A stretch of 64,000 nt of DNA, from assembly GCF_009914755.1 (NCBI RefSeq), contig NC_060928.1. One strand, given 5' to 3'. The position numbers were made by a program, and so were the translations under genes. Under the pieces are notes generated by a model. It was not told where the DNA came from, did no database searches, and saw nothing but the letters and a program-made list of their open reading frames with translations. Positions 1-12,547 of this stretch are shown here, piece by piece (the first letter of the stretch is position 1; the number at the start of each line of letters is the position of its first letter). The DNA is from the human T2T-CHM13v2.0 reference genome, Homo sapiens.

Positions 1-111
1 AATTGGTGTAGGGTCAGTGGTCCAGTTTGAGAAAGTGATCTTGTGTTACACCACAGTAAATGGTAGTGAACTGAATACTTAAATGTGAGAAATGAAAGCA
101 TAAAAGAAACA

Positions 112-1298
112 CAGTCATGTGTCGCTTAACGACAGGGATATGTTCTGACAAATTCATCCTTAGAATGTACTTACACAAACCTAGATGGTATATTGCCTAC
201 AACATGCCTAGGCTATATGGTATAGCTTGTTTCACCTAGGCCACAAACTTGTACAGCATGTTGCTGTACTGAATACTGTAGCAATCATAACACAATGATC
301 AGTATTTATGTATCTAAACATGGAAAAGGTGCAGTAAAAATGCAATATAAAAGATAAACAATGATACATCGGTATAGGGCACTAACCATGAATGGAGCTT
401 GCAGGACTGGAAGTCACTGTGGGTGAGTCAGTGAGTGAGTGGTGAGTGAATGTGGAGGCCTAGAACATTATTGTACACTAATGTTGACTTCACAAACACT
501 GTGCACTTAGGCTACACTACATTTATATTGAAAAGCTTTTCTTTCTTCGATAATAAGTTAACCTTAGCTTACTGTAACTTTTTGACTTTATAAACATTTT
601 GTTTTTTTAAACTTTTAGACTCTTTTATAATAACATTTAGCTTAAAATACAGATTCATTGTACAATTATACAATTAGGATATAAAGAAATTTTGTTTTCT
701 TTGTATCCTAATTCTATAAACTATTTTCTATTTAAAAATTTTTTTTGTTTTTAATTTTTTTTTCTTAAACAAAGACACAAACACCCACAGTAGCCTCGCC
801 CTACATAAGATTAGGATCATCAGCATAGCTGCCTTCCACCTCCACATCTTGCTCCACTGGAAGGTCTTCAGGGGCAGTAACACACATGGAGCTGTCATCT
901 CCTATGATAACAACCCCTTCTTCTAGAATAACTCCTGACAGACCTGTCTGAAGCTATTTTACAGTTAACTTCTTTTTCTATAAGTGATGGGGAATACTCT
1001 AAAATAAGAATAAAAAGTATGGTATAGTAAATACATAAACCAGTTACATAGTAGTTTATTATCAAGTTTTATATACTGTACCTAATTGTATATGCTATTA
1101 TTTCATACAACTGGCAGTGCAGGTTTGTCTACATCAGCATCACCACAAACACATGAGTAATGTGCTGTGCTGTGACATAATGGACAGCTGTGACATCACG
1201 AGGTGATAGGAATTTTTCAGCTCCATTATAACCTTTAAGACTGCTGCCATATATAGTGTCCATCATTGACTGAAATGTCATCACGTGGCGCATGACTG
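112..1298 (+). mobile_element. Tigger3-family (Golem; Tigger3b-sized) DNA transposon, non-autonomous
   Basis: Termini CAGTCATG(TGTCGCTTAACGAC)...(GCG)CATGACTG form inverted repeats; TA follows at 1299-1300; about 1.19 kb; resembles the recalled Tigger3 consensus. Confidence 0.85.
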
Positions 1299-1300
1299 TA

Positions 1301-1545
1301 TTTTAATAAGCCGTAAGAGAATCTTTTTATAACCTTGAAGTGAGTAAATGCTTTTTAACTAAGACATGAAAACAATAAGCCATAAGAAAGAAGACTGATG
1401 AATTCAACTACATATGAATCAAGAGTTTCTGCATCATGCAAAGATCAACATAAATAAATTTAAGAAATAAGAAATCAGGGAGAAATATTTGCAACTTGTA
1501 TCATAGACAGGGCTAATTTACCTAATTTATAAAAAGCTTGCATTT
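1301..1545 (+). mobile_element. Ancient L1 (L1M-type) ORF2-derived fragment
   Basis: A-rich, degenerate L1 ORF2-like text (gggagaaatatttgcaac...); appears to resume at about 2670. Boundaries approximate. Confidence 0.5.
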
Positions 1546-2668
1546 CTCAAAAACCTAAAAATAGAACTACTCTATGACCCAGCAATTCCACCATTAGGTA
1601 TGTATCCAAAGGAAAAAAAAATCAGTATACCAAAGGGGTACCCACACTGCATATTTATCACAGCACTATTCACAATAGCAAAGATTTGGAATCAACCTAA
1701 GTGCCCATCAAGGAAAGAATGGATAAAGAAAATGTGATATATATAATCAATAGAATACTACTCAGCCATAAAAAGAGGATTTGCTATTTGCTGCAGCATG
1801 GACAGAACTGGAGGTCATTAGGTTAAGTGAAATAAGTCAGGCACAAAAAGGCAAATACCACGTGTCCTCACTCATATGTACGAGCTAAAACAGTCGCTCT
1901 CATGGACATAGAGAATAGAATAATAGATACCAGAGACTGTGAGGGGTGGGTAGGAAGGAGAGAGGATGAAGAGAGATTGGTTATGGGTACAAACATACAG
2001 TTAGATAGAAGAAATACATTTTAACGTTTGATAGTAGACTAGCGTAATATGATTTGAATGTATGCCGCCTCCAAATCACATATTGAAATGTGATCTGCAG
2101 TGTTGGAGGTGGGCCTAGTGGGAGGCATTTGGGTCGTGGTGGTGGATCTCTCATGAATGTCTTGGTGCTGTCTTCACAGTAATGAGTGAGTTCTCACTTT
2201 ATGAGTTCATGCAAGATCTGGTTGTTTAAAAGTGCCTGGCACCTCCTCCTCTTCCCTCTTGCTCCCTCTTTCGCTACATGACATGCTGGCTCCCCTTCAC
2301 TTTCCACTATGATTGTAAGCTTCCTGAGGCCCTCACCAGAAGCAGATGCCAGCACCATGCCTTGCGTACAGCCTGCAGAACAACTGTGAGCTAAATAAAC
2401 CTTTTTTCCTTTGTAAATTACCATTCTCAGGTATTCCTTTATAGCAACACAGAATGGACTAACACATAGGGAGACTATTCTTCACAACAATATTCTGCAT
2501 ATTTCAAAGTAACTAGAAGAAAGGACTTGAAATCATACAACACATAAAAATGATAAACAGTTGAGAAGACGGATAGCCCAAACAACCTGACTTGGTCATT
2601 ACACATTCAACATATATTACAAACACATCTACCTCATAAATACATAAATTATTATATATCAATAAAAG
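1546..2668 (+). mobile_element. L1MA-type LINE-1 3' end, interrupted by an MST LTR
   Basis: Typical L1 3' motifs (tatgacccagcaattcca, tggaatcaacctaagtgcccatca, tactactcagccataaaaa). The 3'UTR continues after 2467 to aataaaa at about 2661. Confidence 0.85.
2045..2466 (+). mobile_element. MSTA/MSTB MaLR solo LTR
   Basis: Matches the recalled MST consensus (tgttggaggtgggcc...gattgtaagcttcctgaggcc...ggactaacaca); 5-bp TSD tagcg/taggg. Confidence 0.9.
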
Positions 2669-2669
2669 G

Positions 2670-3060
2670 AGGGAAAAGCTCCCACATTCAATAAGGCAAA
2701 GACTGATGAGCCAATAAAAATAAGTAAAAGAGATGAGAAGATAGTGGAAAAGGAAATATAAGTGCCTCTTCAACATGTGAAAGGAGGTACAACTTCACTC
2801 ACAAGAGCAGGACAAGTTTAAATACATTGAGCTCTCATTATTTATCCTTCAGATTAGCAAACATAAGAAGTCTTGGTAATAATTTTTGTTAGAAAATGTG
2901 GAGAAACAATCTTTTCTTATAGACTGTTGATAAGAGTATAAATGGGCACAGGATTTCTACAGGGCAATTTGGCAATATCTATTGAAGTTACAAATATACA
3001 TATTCTTTGATCCAGCAATTTTACATATTATTTAATTCACAGATTTATTTGTAACTGGGT
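2670..3060 (+). mobile_element. Ancient L1 (L1M-type) fragment
   Basis: gggcaatttggcaatatctat...tattctttgatccagcaatt is a degenerate L1 ORF2 3' motif. Confidence 0.6.
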
Positions 3061-6000
3061 TAATGTACTTAGAAATATCAATACAATTTTAAATTAAAAA
3101 TTAAATAAACTTTTGCTTAAAAGCATCTTCATTTCAGCATCTTTTGGTCTAGTGTTATCTTTTCCCTTTTCCTTATCCTGCCTCATGGTGGGGCAATATA
3201 TCTCCTTACATTTGGTTTCAAACATGTAGGACTTTGTCATGAATCCATTATGAATCTGACTGACACATTTCTCTGAAAATTTTGTACTTTAAAAATTGTT
3301 AACAATTAGCAGAAAAATTAGAACAAGGAAAATGGTTACTCTTCTTATCGTCTATTTTGGAACCAAAAAGCTAACATTTTATTTAGCCTGAGAAAGTAAA
3401 TGGTCTTAAATCATCGATATGCCATCCATTGCTTTTCCAAAACAGTGATATATTTTTTAAAAAATCAGTTATTTCTTTTTGGGTACATACTTTGCTCAAA
3501 TGTTATTTACTTATTTTAACTTATAATAAAAATGGATAAAATATGTAATACATGAAGCTGCCCGATTTGAGTATTTTGTGCAGCGGTTAGTATAAATATT
3601 TTGACCTTCATCTTGTCCTCTGGGGAAAAGAGTAAGCTTTCAGCTTTTCAGAGTGGCGTTTTCACACATATGGCCACACGCTGTGCTATCCTGGAGAAGC
3701 AGGTGGCTAAGTGTGGTTCTGGTCACAGAGCACCCAAAGATTTATCCTTGCCTGATGACAACTACACTCAGAAACTGTATATAATCAGCAGTTCCATTAC
3801 AGGATACCCAAATACGATGTTCTTAGGGCATCAGAGTATGTTTTTTTCCCGTGTGCTTCTTAGAAAGTGTTTTATTCTCCCCATCTCAGAAGAAAACTAT
3901 TACTTACAGAAGAGAAAGGGCTCTTGAAAGACTTTGATGTCAGAAAATATGACTTACAACCACATCACATTAAATTTAAGACTTCGATTGCTAAACAGTG
4001 AATATACATACAGAATTTATTGATGATAAGGAAATTTGTACCTTAAACTACAATTAAGACTTAAAAACAGAAGCAAATAAAAGTGAATAAATAAGCCATG
4101 TTATACAAGCACAGGCATAACTAAAATTAAAACACGTATTAGCCTTCTCACTACTTGCACTTGACTAGTCTTAACAAAAGCTAGTATTGGAGTGGACTGC
4201 AAACTCAATATGAAACCATATTGTATTGTGGTAGAGATATGGCAGCAAAAAGATGCAATATACATAAATTGCATAGTTCTGTTCCTGATTACTGTGTAAC
4301 TCCAAACTAGTGAACTCAAGCATTCCAGTTCACCTCCTCTGAAATCTTGCCACAACAGCATACACTTTTCTCCTTGGAGCCATCATCCTGTAGTGTGTTA
4401 ATTCTTACATTTTACAGTAGTTTTACCTGGAAAAAGTGGTACCTACACCATTAACTTATTAAGCTTTTCCTTTTTTTTTTTTTTTTAACTGAATGAGTCT
4501 TTCCTTTTGAATTACATTTTTAATGGAAATAAACTAGGGTTATAGTTTCAGGATTTCCCAACTGCATAGGACTGTAAACATTATATAAAGCTTTGTGTGC
4601 TACACTTTATTAGCTTTTAAAGGCAGTTGAGTGGAGTTTATTGTACATAAGACTTGCATTTGTAGTTAGAGAAAAGCCTCACATGATTACCATCTGTTTG
4701 CTTTTGCAAGTGTAGCCCTAGAATTCTGATATGCCAATAGAAATGTTATTTTAGTTTTAGTTCACACTGGAGGTTTTCCACAGGCAATTTAATTCTCCTA
4801 TTTGGAAGAATATTTGTGACCCCTGGTTATAAGCCAATAGGCTCAAATTTTGAAATTTACTTACATGAAATTAACACATGATAAATGATATAAGAATTTC
4901 AGTTTAACTTATGTTTGGTGCAAAGCTGGAGTTCCTAAAATAAGCCTTTGGTATGTGGTGTCATATGTGAATTAAAAAGTGAGATGATTCTTCTGCAGAA
5001 AGGTAATATATAAATGTATCCAAATTCTATTTGGAGGACACAGGGGGGAAATGGTCATTTTCCATTTTGTATCATTAGTGGGATATTTTATTATTTAATA
5101 GCCCAGACACTCCATTACTGAAAGTAAGCACAATCCTTGCTGATGGTAGGCAGATGAGGCTGTGATTCTATATTCTGTGTCTAGGTGGTGGATAGGAGCA
5201 GTCCAGTCCAGCTGTCCCACAGACTCAGCCTGTTCATTGGGGAAAAGGGCTCAGTGACCACAGCTAACAAAGAAAAGCAGGGAAATAAAGCAAAAAATCT
5301 TGCAGCTGCTGATCAGCTGCTTCACTCGTGGGGCCTCAGAGAAAGAATTTAATTTGTCCTAAACAGCATGTTTTAAGTTACAGTACAACACACCTATCCA
5401 CAGAAGTATACGTGGAAGGCTGTTGGGAACTGGTTCTTCCACCATTCTTGAATCAAAGGTTTTAAATTATAAACATGCAGACAAAGGAGAACACTGTTCT
5501 GTTTAGGTTTTTGTTTTTTGAGCTGCTTGTTTCAGGATGCTGTTGAAATCAGAGCAAGAACTAAGTGAGATGGATGTGGTATTAAGTAGATTCCTCAAAA
5601 TGATGGCAAATCCTTGCTGTTCTTTAGTTTAAATATATTCTGAAAACTACAGAGTGCCTTAAAGTTTTGAAAACTGTTTTAAATATATATTCACTATTTT
5701 AAAATTTTATGTGTTCTCTATATATTTTCTCATTCTCCATACCTTTTTAGTTGAAATACTTTTAAATTTATGGCAATGGGTCCAATTGTTAATCTGAAAA
5801 CATACATTAAGTACAAAATAGAGTATGCAAAAAACCTGTAAACACCAGGAAATTTAGAGCCCTGAAATATGTCTGGAGATTGGAGAAAAATACATCGAGA
5901 AGATTTTTCATAAATGTAAGTAACCTGCCTTTTAAAAACATGTTTATCCTTTATTTCCCGATCATGAGCATCCCATGATTCTAGAGACTTCAGCTGGGTC

Positions 6001-6287
6001 AGAGGACCCACAGGGCATATTCTCTGGCTCAGTGTTGGACCACTCCTGATGATAAGTGGCTTGGGAAAGGATTTGGATTTCTCAACATTTGACTGTATGT
6101 GTCTTCTGTAAAGTAATGCAGAGTAACTCAGTGCTGTGGTAAATCAAGTTTGGAAATACTTAACTGTGTATTTTAAAAATGTTTTTTCTTTATGGAGTAG
6201 GGATGTGCTTTTAATTCTCACTGTATCTTCATTAATGAGCCCAAAGGTTTTAGATTCTATGTTTCCTAAGGCCCCATTGTTGAGAGT

Positions 6288-6321
6288 ACACACACACACA
6301 CACACACACACTCACACACAC
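6288..6321. repeat. (CA)n microsatellite, one interruption
   Basis: Seen directly. Confidence 0.95.
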
Positions 6322-6771
6322 GTGCTTGTGGTATAATATGCCAGCACTTTGGTTTGGGAATTAGGCAGAAGTTAGCAAATAAGAGAATAATCCTCACATG
6401 GCAAAAGGTGAAAAAATTGAAGAAAATGTGAAACTACTTCTGGGGCTTTTACCTTTTGCTTTTATTTTGCCTGGTTTCTCTTTTTGAAGGAACTGTATTG
6501 TGTGATTCTTATTTGAAGAAATTGTTGATATCAGTAAGATTGTATAATTTGGTAAATATAAGTACTCTGAGAGAAGTGTTTCCTGTAATGTCAATCAATT
6601 TAATCACTATCCACTTAAAAATTGTTCTCTCTACTACAAAACCAATATATTTCCCTCAAAGAACATTTCAAACATAGAGATAAGCCCAAATGAAAAAAGA
6701 GTTACCTCTAGTCCTATCAAAATGTAATATTGGATTAAAAATATTTTAATGTATGTATGTTTTAAAAACCT

Positions 6772-7050
6772 CATTTGTTTACTTATTCATCCATTTATTT
6801 ATTCAACAAATACATACTGAGCGTAGACTATGCACCTGACATTGCACTAGATGCTGGGAACACTGAAGTGAACAAGACAGTTAAGGTCCCTGCTCTCTGA
6901 GAACTTACATCCTAGTTGGGGAAAACAGTCATTAGATATGCAAATAAAGAAACAAATGAGACCATCAATGGTTGTGATAAGTGCTAGGAAGGAAATGAAC
7001 AGCCTGGTGTGATGGAGAGCCTAAAGAGGAGTCCTCTTTAGACATGGTAG
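6772..7050 (-). mobile_element. L2 LINE 3' end
   Basis: ttcattc-like tail followed by caacaaata...actgagcg...tagatgctggg...gtgaacaagacag. Confidence 0.8.
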
Positions 7051-7669
7051 ATGGGAACCAATTCAGGAGATTTATAAATCCATACCCAAACAGAGTATTT
7101 TAGGTAGAGAATGCCAGGTGTACACAGTTTTTAACCTGTCCTCTTTCCCACTAGATATAAATGTTACAGTTCTTCATATAAAACTCTTGTGGTAATAGAT
7201 AGCTTAGAATTTTTTGAACCTTTGAAACATAATATGGTTAAATACATACATTAGGTAACATTTTCAGCAGTGTCTGGGGCAGTGGGGCAGCAATCTGTCA
7301 TACACACATTATACCTCTAGTGAAGCAAGAATAATCACACTGTGTGAGAAAATGACTATGACTAGCCTCACTTCAGATTAGGTTTTGGTGTCAAATGAGT
7401 CCTGGTCAGAAAAAGTTTTGCTGCTAAATAAGTTATATATAAACTTTTGATTTTCTGCATATTTTGGATTTAAAGTTAATAGTAAGGGGATGGTGGAGCT
7501 GTATTTCATAATACAAAACAGCATAATCAATTTCACTAATGTCACATTTTTATACATCTATGCTGTTTCCATTTAGGTTATTCAGGTGAGATAAAATGTT
7601 TAAGCTGGGATAAATGTTTTTCTAGACATATATTTGTGGACATTAGTGATCATTTTCTTAGGATATATT

Positions 7670-8207
7670 TGTAGGGGAGGTGAAATTTTATCTCTGCTCT
7701 CTTAGAGTTCTTTGGGCCTGAGAATTAAACTGACTTAAGGCAGATTAACAGGAGAAAAGCATACAAATTTATTTAATGTGACTTTTATGTGACATGGGAG
7801 CTCTCCTAAGGAAATGAAGACCCAAAGAAGCAGTTAGAATTGAATGCTTATATACAGAATTGGACAGAGAGTAGTGGATTGTGAAAATGTGACAAGACAA
7901 AAGAGCTTGGCCTAGAGTCGTTAATCATGAAAAAGTAACTAGAAGATAAGGGATAGTTTAACAAGGTTGGTTTGTCAAGATTTCTCTGGGTCTTGACTCC
8001 CTGTCTCTGGTGACAAGGATGTAATTTTCCTTCTGGTATAGAGAGGACATCTTACATATGGATATTTTATCTCCTGCTTTTAGGAACAAAAATGGGGAGG
8101 TCAGAGGATCCTTCTTGCACTTGCTGTTTTTTTAAGTGCCTTTAGCTCAAAATAATTCTTTATGCCAAAGTGGCATATTTTGGGGTGGCATAGTCTGCCA
8201 CCCTTCA
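7670..8207 (-). mobile_element. MER34-family ERV1 solo LTR
   Basis: TG...CA ends. Reverse complement starts tgaagggtggcagactatgccaccccaaaatatgccactttggcata, as in the recalled MER34 consensus. Imperfect 4-bp TSD tatt/catt. Confidence 0.7.
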
Positions 8208-10649
8208 CATTCAATTGTTATGTAAGGGTTGTGCAAACAATTTTATGCATATTTCTTATGTAGAAATTTTATTTTATATTTAAAAAATAAGTCCTCTCGG
8301 AAGGGTTTCCTAATTCTGTAGCTGAGTTGAGGGTTATTATTCTCATAATACCATGTCTGAGGCTCAAATTTCATCATGTTTAAAAGCAACAACAACAACA
8401 ACAACATGTTCTTTGGTCCTGGTTGTTTTTCACTTTAATGCCTTTACACTTGATCCTCCATTTATAACAGAAACTGCATGTATATAGAGATTGGATTATT
8501 TACCACGAAAATGCAGCCATTCAGGGGAAGGAGGAGAAGGTAATTGGTTTTTATTCCCTATCAAAACAGAATGATTCAGGACCTGGAGTTATAGAAAAGT
8601 GTCCTTTATTTAATTACAGAACCATGGGCCATGTTGACAGATTTCTGAGCTGTAATTGTCTTTTCTGTGCCCTCATTGATTTGGTTATGCATCTGACCTT
8701 CCCGATTAAAATCTGCCTGGGAATAACTCCAGAATCTAGTCTTCACAGCTTATCCTGTTGAGAATGCGATAGATCTTTCCTTTCAGAGAATAAGCTCCAT
8801 CAGTTTCTCATATCAACTCTGGTTTAAGCATTTGTGATATCAAGGTCACATGTCTGCTGTATACCCTCTTAATTAACCATACCCTTTCTATGGCTAGTGC
8901 CTGCGGTGTTTCAAGTGAGATACCAGTTTTTATCAAAGCTTTAGAGTCAAAATGTCAAATCATTGCTGTTTGTGGCAAACGTATAATTTTATCACTATAT
9001 CTGTTAATTTAGCAGAAAAAATATGCAATTTGAGAAGTGTGTAAAACTTTAGCTATAACAATATAAAATTCAAGGATTCTGCCATTATTTACCTGTATTC
9101 CAAGAGTCAAATGAAATCCTTCTTTAATTTCTAGCCATACAGAACCTACTTTTATATGTGTTTATTGAATATTCATATCACATATTCAAGACCTGGGTGC
9201 GTCGTTCATGAGCATGCTATTCCATTGGATCTCACAGGCCTCTCATCCATAGATGCCTATCACTGAGATCTGTATATTTTAGAAATTGGAATGTCAACAT
9301 TATTCTTCTTAGAATAAGTGAAGGGGCTTTGTGGGCGTGAGTTGTGACTGGTTGCTAAGAATATCTAATCAGGTTGCATTGCTATAGCAACAGTGTTGCT
9401 AGGACTTTAAAGTTTCCCTGCAATCAGTTGGAATTCATAAGTGAAAGACATTGTTTATCTCAGTGGTATTTTAAAGTGATCCTAGCTAGCATAAGGCAGG
9501 AATCCCATACTTTGGAAAGGAATTGATAGCCCCAATGAACTGCGCTCTAATTTATGATTCGTTCAGAGTGTGTAATCTACAGAACCAGGGTGGTAATTTA
9601 GCAGCCTGTTTTTCCAGGTGTTTTGATTCCGTAGTCCCTACCTAGTCAAAGATCATTTCCATCTGACTCTTCCAAGAGTTCACAAGGTTATCATACATTG
9701 ATAATTTTAAAAGGAAAAGTATCATTTCATATTTCTGTCACAGAGCAGAAACTTGAGGACTCCAAAAATTATATTATTATTTTTGGTTTATATATTATTG
9801 GTATTTATGTCTTTCTCAAAATGATAATAGCTCTATTTTTCTAATTATAGTAGTACTTCATACTTATCTAAAATATAGGCAGTTTAGAAAGCACAAAACA
9901 GATAGTTAAAAGTCTCCCAGAGTTAACTACTTTTAACATCTTGTTGCAAACATTACATATATCTATAGTTGCTAAATAAAGAGACATAAAACATATATGT
10001 GTTTCCTTGGCAGTGGCTTTTCTTAAAGGTAACTTTACATTATATTTTCAAACTGTTTTAAAACTGTCTTTATGTTTGGTCTATTGTGGTTTTGAACATT
10101 TTTTTTCCCCTCAAACATACACTCAAAACATTGAAATGGTCAGGAGTTAGTCTTAAAGTCAAAAGCCTCGTGTTTACTAAATATCTGCTTTGTCCTATTC
10201 CAAAAGTATTTAAAATATTTAGCTTAAGGATTTCATAAATCACCATCTTAGTGGAACTTAAAATCAGCATTTTTTTTTTTCTAGTTTTAGGCCCTAAACT
10301 TTTGAGTGAGGGAAAAAAGGTTGTGCAACTGTTTCATTCCAATCTTGTATGTGGAATTTGATTCAATTTAAGGAATTAAAATAACTACATATTTTTAACA
10401 GGTTGAGCACTAGAGCCCAGAGAGTTGGTTTTAGGTTGGCTGGATATGGGTTTGCATCAGGCATGGACTATAAGTAGCATTCCCTGTCTGTTGCATGTTA
10501 TTTTATGGAGACCCCAAAATGAAATGAAAAATAAAATGGAAATGAAAAATAAAAGAGAAAATATTTGAAGGTTCCCTAGGATGGCTGGGTAATCAATAAA
10601 TATCAAGCTGCTCATAGTCTAAAAGATAAAAAAGCCAACATATTTTGAT

Positions 10650-10905
10650 AATTAAGTATGTACTAGGCACTGTTGTAAGAGTTTCACTATTAACTCACTT
10701 AAGCTTTATGATAACCGTATGAAGGTTCTATGACTTGCGATAACCCTAGGAGGATTCTATTATTATTCCCATTCTACAGGTTAGGACACTGAGGCAGAGT
10801 GAGGTTGAAAAACTCACCCAAGGTTGCATGACTACCATGTCTATTAAGTCTCAGAGCCAAAATTCAAACCCGGATCTACCTACAGAGCCAGCTCTTAAAA
10901 CAACT
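10650..10905 (-). mobile_element. MIR SINE
   Basis: Core motif tattattcccattctacag...actgaggc...gaggttgaa...cccaagg. Confidence 0.8.
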
Positions 10906-11139
10906 GTGCTTTATTCTGAAGGATACTGGTTGGTTTGTTTGGGGTAAGTTAGATGTATTCACGGCCTATGATTTCATCCACAGCTTTGCTGGCCCAGAAT
11001 CTTTTTTTTTGTTTTTTGGTTAGCATATCTAGGGGTGCACTATCTTTCTCAAACTCCATCTTTCTCCAAGTTATTGTAAAGATAGTGAGAAAGTGTATAT
11101 AAAGCATTTAGTACTGTTTCAGTCATATAGTGTTCTTAA

Positions 11140-11515
<376 letters not shown>

Positions 11516-12387
11516 AGAGCTTTTTATCTATTGTTTACAGAGCAGGTTTAAAGATATTGTTAGAAATAACCCTGGCACATAATAGTGTCTAACTTTGGGT
11601 AAGTCCCTAATCTTTCATAAGTCTTCATTTTCTCCTATCTGTGAGAAGATATAATAATACCTAATCTTCAAGGTCGTGATTAAGGATGAGAATAGATTTA
11701 GCACTAACCTAAATAAATAATATGACAATTTTTAAATAGTGTGATTAGTTGACATTTCAAAGGGTCTTGCTTTCCTGACCATATGTCCGAACTTTAAGAA
11801 CATCTACCTTGCAGCTCTCTGTGCCCTGCCTACTGAATCTTCAATTGTTGAACTAAGTGTTATGATTTAATATGTTCATGAGGCCATTCAAAATATTAGT
11901 ATTAGTTTTCCTTTTTGCTTACTGCCCTTAATTCAACTTAATGAATAACGAAAAATATATGGGTTGTAGGATGACATTGAAGCATGTTCCATTTTCCATG
12001 CAAACTTCGTGGTCTAATGATTATTGTTACATATGGTGCCATTTCACAAGGTAATTTAAAAGTAGTATAAAAACCTTATAGATTTTGAATTCTCAATTGT
12101 GGTATATTTTGTCTTATCATGTTTTCTACTTACATGAATTTTTGCTCATTTATTTTCTGGAGGGTTGAAGAAAATTCAGCATAAATTTAAGAGGCTTTGC
12201 TCAAGGTTTGATGAATAACAAATAGCACATTTGGGGAGACCAGAAAATGATTAATGAAGGAGATAATAATGTGGTCATTAAAAGGCAATATTGGCAAAAC
12301 ATACACAAACTTTTTCAGAAAGAAAGATGTAAAACCATTTGAGAGACTCATCAGAGAAAATTCTCATATGGCTTTTTTTTTCAAAAA

Positions 12388-12547
12388 TTTTTTTTTTCTT
12401 GGGATAGGGTCTTACTCTGTCACTCAGGCAGGAGTTCAGTGGCTTGTTCATAGCTTACTGCAACCTCAAATTCCTGGGTTCAAGCCATGCTCCCACTTTG
12501 GCCTCCCAAAGTGTTGGGATTACAGACATGAGCCACTGCACCTGACC
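12388..12547 (-). mobile_element. Old Alu monomer (FRAM-like or truncated AluJ)
   Basis: Single Alu arm with T-tract, ending gagccactgcacctgacc. Confidence 0.8.

Noticed and set aside
7250-7503. Possible old DNA transposon fragment
   Set aside because: One end looks like a Tigger-type terminus, but I could not establish the family or the partner end.
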